DNA from: an uncultured Candidatus Rokubacteria bacterium
GTDB lineage: Bacteria > Methylomirabilota > Methylomirabilia > Rokubacteriales > DASRDR01
Reading direction: 5' to 3'
DNA: 64,000 nt
Assembly (NCBI GenBank): GCA_963826115.1
Contig: CAWGVS010000006.1
Span: 672,001-736,000, forward strand
The position numbers and the translations under genes were made by a program. Shown piece by piece: positions 18,445 through 25,695 of the stretch. The stretch's first letter is position 1; each line of letters begins with the position of its first letter. The notes below the pieces were generated by a model that worked only from the letters and a program-made list of their open reading frames with translations, was not told the DNA's origin and ran no database searches.

Positions 18445-18971
18445 GTACGCTCGCGCACTGGCTGGGAGTGGATTTCGAACTGCCCAGGGAGCCCGGCTGC
18501 TACGCACGCGGCACAGCGCCACTTCCTGACCGGACGCCAGGCGCTCAATTGGAGTTGGCAAACAGGACAGCGGTGGACGTATCGGCGCCGCCGCGCAGTG
18601 ACCGGTTGCGTCCGTGGCGAGGGCGCCGACCATGGGATTCGGCGCCGCGGCTTAAATCCCGCGGTGCGGACTAATTCGACCCATTCGGGACCATGGGGCT
18701 GGCAACGACGGCCGTAGAGATCGCTGGCGGCGAGATGGGCACTTTCGTGGCAGAGCACCTCGAGGAGCAGGTCGACCGGCGCCGCCGCCAGTTCCGTGGA
18801 CAGCCGGACTACGCGGCGCTCAATATGGACCCGTCCCAGTGACCGGCGAAGGCGGTGGCCCCACTCGACTCGAACACTCTGCTCGAAACCAGCGAGCCCC
18901 CAGCGCTCGCCGCAATGTCGGAGCAGCCTCTGAATACGGTCCTCAATACGACGGGTGTCTAGCGCGGGCAT
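18441..18971 (-). CDS. SprT-like zinc metalloprotease
   Basis: RLRRSLG, LCHESAH (HExxH), HGPEW and C-terminal CPVC...CAAC ribbon; ATGA overlap with the helicase gene. Confidence 0.82.
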   Translation of the reverse strand: MPALDTRRIEDRIQRLLRHCGERWGLAGFEQSVRVEWGHRLRRSLGRVHIERRVVRLSTELAAAPVDLLLEVLCHESAHLAASDLYGRRCQPHGPEWVELVRTAGFKPRRRIPWSAPSPRTQPVTARRRRYVHRCPVCQLQLSAWRPVRKWRCAACVAAGLPGQFEIHSQPVRERT

Positions 18972-19004
18972 ACTGTGGACGCTAGCACACGACGGCCCGT
19001 CAGC

Positions 19005-19153
19005 GTCCTCCATGAGCCTGGGGTGGAGATCCCCTCGGACTACGACGGCGTGGTGTCTGTCCCGCTGGACCCGGCGGCGCGTGGTAGCTCCGCCTGGCCA
19101 AGGAGATGAAGACCGTCGCCTTCAACGACATTGATCTCAACCGCGTGATGTGA
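19005..19153 (+). pseudogene. C-terminal remnant of a TIR-like nucleotide-binding protein
   Basis: VLHEPGVEIPSDYDGVVSVPLDP, frameshift, then GAW*LRLAKEMKTVAFNDIDLNRVM*; resembles the EIPSD..GV...W...LAKE tail of the PF10137-type family (from memory). Confidence 0.6.
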
Positions 19154-19264
19154 AGACGCGGGGCGGAGGGGGCTTGATGGTACGGCTTTAGGCCGCGCCC
19201 AGTCGGCCCTGGACGGGGAGGACCCAGGGGAGGAGAGCGCCCCACCAGCCGCACCTACGTCGCG

Positions 19265-19289
19265 CGAATCCCGTTGGAGCCACCACCGT
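19265..19289 (+). repeat. Second att-like copy of the tRNA-Glu 3' end
   Basis: CGAATCCCGTTGGAGCCACCACCGT, exact 25-bp match to 4406-4430. Confidence 0.92.
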
Positions 19290-19323
19290 CCGTCGCCGCC
19301 CGCCACCCCGACCGCGGCGCGGC

Positions 19324-19707
19324 TCAGAGACTCCGCTTCCGCCCTCGCAACCCCCGGCGGCTGCCCTTGCGCTTCACCGGTCGCCCGCCCGCGGGCGGCC
19401 GATCCCGCCCAAAGCTCGGGACGCGCGGCTCGAACGATCGCGGGCCCGCCGAGCGGGCCGGCCGGTCCTCGGCCGCGTTGACCGTCAGCCGGCGCCCCTC
19501 GACTTCGCGGTCGTTGAAGAGCTGGATCGCCGTGGCGGCCTCGGACTCGGAGGCGAACTGGACGAACGCGAAGCCCCGGGGCCGCCCGGTCTCGCGATCC
19601 GAGGGCAGGTAGACCTCGACGACGCTGCCGGCTTCGGACAGGAGCGCGGTCAGCGAATCGGCGGTGGTGCCGAAGGTCAGATTCCCGACGAAGATGCGGG
19701 TCGCGAT
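19324..19707 (-). CDS. RRM RNA-binding protein with basic tail (127 aa), ATC start; missed by the ORF track
   Basis: RNP2 IFVGNL, RNP1 RGFAFVQF; GGAGGA 7 nt before ATC; in-frame TAA 8 codons upstream; tail KRKGSRRGLRGRKRSL. Confidence 0.9.
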   Translation of the reverse strand: MATRIFVGNLTFGTTADSLTALLSEAGSVVEVYLPSDRETGRPRGFAFVQFASESEAATAIQLFNDREVEGRRLTVNAAEDRPARSAGPRSFEPRVPSFGRDRPPAGGRPVKRKGSRRGLRGRKRSL

Positions 19708-19771
19708 GGCTGGTTCCTCCCGTGTTGGTTAGAGTCGGAGTGTGTCGATCACCGGCGCTGGTCGCTCAGGC

Positions 19772-20011
19772 TCAGTACTCTTCACGGCGGGCTTCGCGGG
19801 CCGCCGCGGCGGCCCGGATCTCCTCGGCGAACATGCCCACGTGGAGCGGACACGGGGGCGCATTCGCCTCGACGTACTGGCACTCGTCCTGGTTGCACTG
19901 GACGAAGTGCTCGCCCGGTCCCATGAGACGGGTCAACCGCGTCAGCCGGATGAGCACGGGCTCCGACACGACGGGACACCAGAACTCGCGGGGGCGGGAA
20001 CGGCCCGACAA
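19772..20011 (-). CDS. Small 4-Cys hypothetical protein (copy 1)
   Basis: REFWCPVV...CNQDECQY...PPCPL; near-identical paralog at 60068-60304; TTG start uncertain. Confidence 0.78.
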   Translation of the reverse strand: MSGRSRPREFWCPVVSEPVLIRLTRLTRLMGPGEHFVQCNQDECQYVEANAPPCPLHVGMFAEEIRAAAAAREARREEY

Positions 20012-20142
20012 TCCTCAGGCCTTCACGGCCGGCGGCCGCGCGCGGCGGTGGCCGGCTCGCCCGGCGCCGCGGATCCGTTCAGCCTCGCGGACTGGGAGTC
20101 CCGGGTCGATCCGAGGATCGGCGCCGCAACCACGGCAGGGCT

Positions 20143-20457
20143 TCAGGATGCCCGGCCGAGCCGCTCGAGATGCTTGGCCAGCTTCGCGGCCTGGATGTAC
20201 TCGTCCTGGCGACCCGACGTGGTCAATCGGTATCCGCGCTCGCCCTCGTGCTTCCACATCGTGATCAGCCCGGCCCGGTACGCGGCGATCAGCGCCTCGC
20301 GGTCCGCCGCCGGCATCTCGGCGGGCGCCACCGGAGGCGCCACGGGCTTCGTCCGCCGTCGTGGCACGGGCTGTCGTGTCGCGGGCTGGGCGGCGCGAGC
20401 TCGCCGGCCGGCCGGGGAGGGAGTCGGGGAGGGCGCAGGAGATGGCCTTGACCGCAT
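20143..20457 (-). CDS. Small hypothetical protein (copy 1); start at 20457 (leaderless) or GTG 20367
   Basis: Core DREALIAAYRAGLITMWKHEGERGYRLT..GRQDEYI conserved in the paralog at 60415-60645. Confidence 0.72.
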   Translation of the reverse strand: MRSRPSPAPSPTPSPAGRRARAAQPATRQPVPRRRTKPVAPPVAPAEMPAADREALIAAYRAGLITMWKHEGERGYRLTTSGRQDEYIQAAKLAKHLERLGRAS

Positions 20458-20491
20458 TGCCCTAGTGTACTACTGTGGTCATACAGTTCAA
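20448..20491. promoter_or_regulatory. Overlapping divergent promoters with a GntR-type operator
   Basis: Plus strand TTGACC-17-TACTGT; minus strand TTGAAC-16-TACACT; operator GTGTACTA-N8-ATACAG at 20465-20486; 25 bp identical to 61000-61024. Confidence 0.75.
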
Positions 20492-20711
20492 ACAGCCTGT
20501 TGTGGTCTACCCTCCGGAGACTCGTCCTTCCCGCGATTCGAGCTCTCACGGGGTCGTCGGCCAGCGACGGGCCGGTCCGTCACCAGATGAGGAGGCCAGG
20601 CGTGATCAGCCCGGATCCGGATACCTCGAGCGCGTCGCGGCCGCCCGTCGGGTGGGCCCGGGTAGCGCTCGTGCCGGTCGATGAACGGCGTCGTGCACCG
20701 CGGGAGCGCCC

Positions 20712-20918
20712 TTGTTGAGGATCCCGGTCTTCGACAATCAGATCGAGCCCGCGCTGAAGTCCCTCAAGCGGGAGATGCTGAAGGACGGGCTGTTCAAGGA
20801 GATGAAGCTGCGGGCCTTCTACGAGAAGCCCTCAGTGAAGCGCAAGCGCAAGCAGGCCGAGGCCCGCAGGAAGCGACGGAAGGCCCTGGCCAGGCGCGCG
20901 CGGACCATGGGTGACTGA
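20712..20918 (+). CDS. rpsU: 30S ribosomal protein bS21
   Basis: IEPALKSLKR...EMKLRAFYEKPSVKRKRK; TTG start. Confidence 0.92.
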   Translation: MLRIPVFDNQIEPALKSLKREMLKDGLFKEMKLRAFYEKPSVKRKRKQAEARRKRRKALARRARTMGD

Positions 20919-21000
20919 GCCAGGACGTGACCTGATGCAGCCGATGCCTCCACGGGATCGGCGCCGGGCGGCCGGAGCGACGGCCCCGGAGGGAGAAGCC

Positions 21001-21222
21001 ATGCCTTCAGTGACCCCGACGTGCCCCCTCTGTTCGTCCCCGGTCCTCGTGGGCGCCTACAACATGTCGAGTCACGGGGAGATGGCGCACCTGAAGTGCC
21101 CGCCGTCGCCCGCCTCCGGCAACCGGTGGCCCGAGGGCGTCCGGCAGATGGTCTGCCTGAACTGCAGCCGGACCTTCCCGAGCGAATCGAAGATGCAGCG
21201 TCTCTGCCGGGCATGCCGGTAG
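21001..21222 (+). CDS. Small double zinc-finger-like protein (73 aa)
   Basis: GGAGGGAG RBS; CPLC...H..C and CLNC...CRAC. Confidence 0.7.
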   Translation: MPSVTPTCPLCSSPVLVGAYNMSSHGEMAHLKCPPSPASGNRWPEGVRQMVCLNCSRTFPSESKMQRLCRACR

Positions 21223-21389
21223 GGAGTGACAGGGAGTCGACCACTGGCGGCACGAGCGCGCGGTGACCTTCACGGTGCGCTGCGGACGCCGCTCCTGATG
21301 TCCGGCTCGCCGGCACCTCGTCGAGCCGTCCCCCCCAACCGGGCCAGCGGTCTGGAGTCTGGGGATTTCCAGCAAAGCCCCTGCGTATC

Positions 21390-21398
21390 TGCTATACT
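21390..21398 (+). promoter_or_regulatory. Extended -10 promoter upstream of the RRM gene
   Basis: TG-C-TATACT; implies a 5' leader of about 175 nt before ATG 21581. Confidence 0.55.
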
Positions 21399-21580
21399 CC
21401 TCGTTGCGCGTTGTCGGAGACCCTCGGGACCGTCAACCACGCAGGGTCTGTTTGCCAGACTTCCCCTCTCTGAGAGACTGGCCTCGCCTCCGTCGGTTCA
21501 TCCGCGTCTACGGAGCGTGTTCGAGATGCGGATGAGTCCGTGAGCGCCCCGACCTCGTCGGGGCCAGAAGGAGGCGCCCC

Positions 21581-21895
21581 ATGGCGTCCAAGCTTTATGT
21601 CGGCGGTCTGTCCTATTCCACCACCTCCGAGAGCCTGCGCGAGTACTTCGGCCAGTGCGGCACGGTCGAGTCGGCCACGGTGATCACCGATCGCATGACC
21701 GGTGATTCCCGCGGATTCGGATTCGTCGAGATGTCGACGGAGGCCGAGGCGCAGGCGGCCATCAGCAAGCTGAACGACCAGTCGTTCGAGGGTCGGAAGC
21801 TGATGGTGAACGTGGCGAAGGCACCCGGGTCGGGCGGCGGTGGCGGCGCGCGGTCCGGTGGCTTCGGCGGTCCCCGCAAGACGGCCCGCTGGTAA
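21581..21895 (+). CDS. RRM RNA-binding protein with Gly-rich tail (Rbp-like)
   Basis: KLYVGGL (RNP2), RGFGFVEM (RNP1); AAGGAGG RBS. Confidence 0.95.
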   Translation: MASKLYVGGLSYSTTSESLREYFGQCGTVESATVITDRMTGDSRGFGFVEMSTEAEAQAAISKLNDQSFEGRKLMVNVAKAPGSGGGGGARSGGFGGPRKTARW

Positions 21896-21917
21896 GCTCG
21901 ACAGACCAGGTCGTGAA

Positions 21918-21949
21918 GACGGCGCAGGGGTTGATGCCCCTGCGCCGTC
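21918..21949 (+). terminator. Strong hairpin after the RRM gene
   Basis: Perfect 13-bp stem GACGGCGCAGGGG/CCCCTGCGCCGTC with 6-nt loop; no U tract. Confidence 0.5.
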
Positions 21950-22042
21950 GCGGTTCCCGGGGTCGACGGCGTCGACGGATGCGCGTCGCCGCCCGTCCCG
22001 CGCTGGACGTCGGCGCGGAGCTCCTCGCGCCCTCCGCGTTCA

Positions 22043-22082
22043 TTGACGCCGATCGTGCCACTGTACTATCATAGCGATACAG
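22043..22082 (+). promoter_or_regulatory. Promoter and auto-operator of the GntR gene
   Basis: TTGACG-18-TATCAT overlapped by CTGTACTA-N8-ATACAG (22061-22082), 2 nt before the ATG. Confidence 0.72.
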
Positions 22083-22084
22083 TC

Positions 22085-23185
22085 ATGGCCGTCCCCATCC
22101 GCCTGCGCGTCGACGCCCGGAGCCCGATCCCGATCCGCTGGCAGCTGGCGGAGCAGCTCAAGCACGTCGTCGAGGCGGGCGGCGTCCCGCGGGACCAGCC
22201 GCTGCCCAGCATCCGGGAGCTCGCCGGCTTTCTCGGCATCAATCCGAACACCGTGGCGCGCGCGATCGAGGATCTCAAACGCAGCGGCCACGTGGAGGCG
22301 CGCCGTGGCCGGGGCGTCTTCGTGGCCGGGGCGTCGCCGCCGCGCCCGTCCCTGACCCACCGCGAGGGCTTCCTGAAGGACACGGTGATCCGCGCGGCCG
22401 CGCTCGGCCTGACGCCCGATGACGTGGCGGTGGGCGTCCTGAGCCTGGCCAGTGTCGGCGTCGCCGCCCTCCGGGCGACCGCCGAGGTGCTCCTCGTCGA
22501 GTGCAGCGCGCCGGAGCTCGAGTTCTTCGCGCGCGAGCTCCAGGCCCAGCTGCCGGTCCGGGTGGCCAAGGTGCTCCTCAAGGACCTGGCGACCACCGTG
22601 GGGCGGCAGGCGCGCCCGGGCCACTGGGCCGCGGCGGTGACCAGCTTCGGGCATCTCCCGGAGGTGGAGCGCCTCCTGGAGGGTCTGGGGGTCCCCGTGC
22701 TCGCGCTCCTGGCGGAGACGCATCTCGAGACGCTGCAGCGCCTGGCTCAGCTGCCGCGCGGCGCGCGGGTGGGGGTGGTCGCCGCGGCCGTGGAGACGAC
22801 GCACACCGTGGAGCACTCGATCGCCGCCGCCGCCCTGCCGAACATCGCGCGGATCGAGACGTGTCCCGCCGAGGGGCCCGCGCTCCAGCGGCTCGTGCGC
22901 CGGGTGAGCGTCATCGTCTGCTCGAGCTCGACCGCCAAGCAGGTCCAGGGCCTCGTGGATCCGGCCGTCCCCGTGATCGTCGACGATCGGGCTCTCAACC
23001 AGCGCGCCATCCAGATGCTGGGGGCCGTGCTGGCGCAACGCGGCGTCGACCACCCGCCCGCGCCGCCGGCGTCGGCCCCGGTCGCCCGGAAGCCGCCCGG
23101 TCGTCGGCCGTCCGGGGCTGTCTCTCTGCCCGCGCCCCGCCTCGCGCCACGGCGAGCCGGCAACCGGACGGCGCGGAGGACCTGA
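22085..23185 (+). CDS. GntR-family regulator, YtrA-type wHTH with PlmA-like C-terminal domain
   Basis: PIPIRWQL...LPSIRELAGFLGINPNTVARA...GRGVFV; long alpha/beta C-terminal region. Confidence 0.88.
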   Translation: MAVPIRLRVDARSPIPIRWQLAEQLKHVVEAGGVPRDQPLPSIRELAGFLGINPNTVARAIEDLKRSGHVEARRGRGVFVAGASPPRPSLTHREGFLKDTVIRAAALGLTPDDVAVGVLSLASVGVAALRATAEVLLVECSAPELEFFARELQAQLPVRVAKVLLKDLATTVGRQARPGHWAAAVTSFGHLPEVERLLEGLGVPVLALLAETHLETLQRLAQLPRGARVGVVAAAVETTHTVEHSIAAAALPNIARIETCPAEGPALQRLVRRVSVIVCSSSTAKQVQGLVDPAVPVIVDDRALNQRAIQMLGAVLAQRGVDHPPAPPASAPVARKPPGRRPSGAVSLPAPRLAPRRAGNRTARRT

Positions 23186-23189
23186 CGGC

Positions 23190-23361
23190 TCGGTGCGGGA
23201 CCTTGTCCACGGCACACGCGGGCGACCGGGACGTCGTCCTGCACCACGACGCGCGGGTGCTGACGGGGCTCCTTCTCTGGCTCGACTGGCGCCTCGGCCG
23301 ACCCCTGGCGCAGATCGCCAGCCTGGGAGTGCGCCCGTGGCAAGCCCGGGGCCTCGCATGA
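23190..23361 (+). pseudogene. Degenerate remnant of the small protein intact at 61494-61772
   Basis: HAGDRDVVLHHDARVLTGLLLWLDWRLGRPLAQIASL versus DAGDRYVAVLRDDVRVLTGLTRLLDWHLGRSLAQIASL; no 5' half. Confidence 0.65.
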
Positions 23362-23541
23362 CCCACGCGACGAGTCGGCGTTCGGACGGACCGCGCGCCC
23401 GCGGCCACGCACGCCATGCCGCTCGTGCCGGCAAACCGTACGGTCCGGGCCCCGCCTCCGCGCCGACCGGCCTCCGCTCGCAGGGCTCGAGCCGTGCGGC
23501 GGTGGTTCGCCGAGACGCCCTCTAGACTCGTCGAGCCAAGG

Positions 23542-24846
23542 ATGCAAAACACAGAGGCGGCGTCCGTCTGGTCCCGGCCCGAGCCCACCCGGGCCGGGTC
23601 CCCGACGCGCGCGCTCACCTTCGGCGGCGATCCGGCCTTCCAGCAGGCACTGCGGGAGCGGGTCGCGGCGCACTTCGCCACGACGGGCCAGCGGCCGCGC
23701 GACGCCTGGCAGATGTACGCGAAGACGGCGATCCTCCTCGCCGCCTTCGCGGGGCTGTACGGGCTGCTCGTGTTCGGGGCCCGGACCTGGGTCGAGGGCG
23801 TGCCCCTGGCCATCCTGCTCGGGCTGTGTGCCGCCGGCATCGGACTCAACGTCCAGCACGACGGCGGACACCGGGCCTATTCGTCCTCGCCGTGGATCAA
23901 CCGGCTGATGGCCATGACGCTCGAGCTGATCGGGGGCAGCTCCTACCTGTGGCGCTGGAAGCACGGCGTCTTCCACCACACGTACGTGAACGTCACGGGC
24001 CATGACACCGACATCGAGCTCGGCTACCTCGCGCGGCTCGCCCCGCAGCAGCGGCGGCTCCCGTTTCATCGCTGGCAGCACCTGTATCTCTGGCCGCTCT
24101 ACGGGTTCCTGACCATCAAGTGGCAGTGCCTGGACGATTTCCAGAAGCTGCTCCGCGGCCGGATCAACGAGCATCGCGTGCCGCGGCCCACGGGATGGGA
24201 GCTGGTGGTCTTCATCGGCGGCAAGGCGGTGTTCTTCGCGCTGGCGCTCGCGATCCCGATGCTCTTCCACTCGCCATGGGTCGTGCTCGGCTACTACGTG
24301 CTGACCGGGATCGTCATGGGCTTCCTGCTGAGCGTGGTGTTCCAGGTGGCCCACTGCGTCGAGGAGGCCGAGTTCCCCGCGCCGCGCCCCAGCACCGGGC
24401 GCCTCGATCACGCGTGGGCGGTCCATCAAGCCGAGACGAGCGTCGATTTCTCTCGCGAGAGCCGGCTCGTGTCGTGGCTCGTCGGGGGTCTCAATTTCCA
24501 GATCGAGCACCACCTGTTCCCCCGGATCAGCCACGTCCACTACCCGGCCATCGCCGGGCTGGTGGAGCAGACGTGCCGGGAGTTCGGGATCCGGTACACG
24601 GCGCACCCGACGTTCTGGGCGGGGATCCGCTCGCACTTTCGCTGGCTGCGCCGCATGGGGATGCCGGACACGGTCGGTCCGCCGTGGGCCGGTGGCTCCC
24701 GATCCGGGCCGGCGCTCGAGGATCGCCCATCGCCTCAGCGCCTGAGATCGGTGGGGGGGCGGGCGGGGGTCCTGAGCCAGAGCACGGAGCTCGGTCCCGT
24801 CAATCTTCCGGGGCGGAACGCCGGCAATTCGGCCGAGCCGGCCTGA
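23542..24846 (+). CDS. Membrane fatty-acid (acyl-CoA) desaturase, copy 1
   Basis: His boxes HDGGH, HGVFHH and QIEHH; TM helices. Confidence 0.92.
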   Translation: MQNTEAASVWSRPEPTRAGSPTRALTFGGDPAFQQALRERVAAHFATTGQRPRDAWQMYAKTAILLAAFAGLYGLLVFGARTWVEGVPLAILLGLCAAGIGLNVQHDGGHRAYSSSPWINRLMAMTLELIGGSSYLWRWKHGVFHHTYVNVTGHDTDIELGYLARLAPQQRRLPFHRWQHLYLWPLYGFLTIKWQCLDDFQKLLRGRINEHRVPRPTGWELVVFIGGKAVFFALALAIPMLFHSPWVVLGYYVLTGIVMGFLLSVVFQVAHCVEEAEFPAPRPSTGRLDHAWAVHQAETSVDFSRESRLVSWLVGGLNFQIEHHLFPRISHVHYPAIAGLVEQTCREFGIRYTAHPTFWAGIRSHFRWLRRMGMPDTVGPPWAGGSRSGPALEDRPSPQRLRSVGGRAGVLSQSTELGPVNLPGRNAGNSAEPA

Positions 24847-25695
24847 CCGTCGCCCGCTCCGCGCTTCCGCCGCCGGAGCGCCTCGGTGTGCGGCTTCAGG
24901 GCCTGGCGAGACCCTGGGCGTCACGGGGGGCAGCCGCTGACGCCGCCGGCGCCGGCCGGGGCGGACTGATCCCGACGGCACGCGGCGCGGAGCCGGCGAC
25001 GATCGAGCCCCTCGCCACGCCGTGGCGGCCCGCCGGGCCATGCCATCTCGAAGCTGGGCATGAGCGGCGCACACGAGGCGATCCAGAGGCCGGGCAGCGG
25101 AGCCGCGATCAGCATCGCCTGCTGACGTTCCACGCGCTCTGCCCCGGCCCTGAGGGAGACGAGGGTCGACCAGGGATCCCGGCGCGTGGAGCCGCCGGAA
25201 CGGGATCGACCTGAGCGCCGCGCCGGAGCCCTTCCTGCCGCCCGGCGCGCTCTCGACGACGAACAATCGCTGGAGCGTCTCGTACGCCTTCGAGTAGACG
25301 CTCGGGCGGAGCGAGAAAGCCACCCGGAAGGCCATCGGCCTCTTCGGCCAGCTCGCAGTCGATCGGGAAGCCGAACCCCGTCCGCTTCCGGGTCCCCGGC
25401 GGCGTGAGCGGCACGAGCCCGATTCCCGGGCGGGAGGCCGATCGGTTCGGCCCGGCCCCGTTCCCGTGGGGCTCGGTGACGCCCTGACGGGGCCCCCGGG
25501 GTCCCTGCGCATCGATGGCCAGTCTGGCGGCGAGGTGTTCTACAATCGCTGTCACCCATGGTTCCTGGTCACCGCCGACATCCGCATGATCTCGCCGGCG
25601 TCCGGCGACAGCCCCGCCGTGCTCTTCGGGCTGCGCGCGGAGCTGAAGCTCCGGACGGCGGGGGAGCCGAACGCACGACAGGAGGAGAAACGCTC

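Larger units (their letters stand above)
14665..19289. mobile_element. Genomic island 2 (defence islet, ~4.6 kb) in tandem at tRNA-Glu
   Basis: Bounded by att copies at 14638-14664 and 19265-19289; lower GC; restriction-like cargo. Confidence 0.82.

Noticed and set aside
20015-20026. Selenocysteine read-through of the conserved in-frame TGA (also 60308-60310)
   Set aside because: No SD before the upstream GTG/ATG, the downstream sequence differs between copies with no shared SECIS-like hairpin, and a near-cognate start after the TGA explains the data more simply.
24850-25690. ORFs between the desaturase and the barrel gene, and at 61084-61400
   Set aside because: No motifs, RBS or paralog support; treated as non-coding or decayed.
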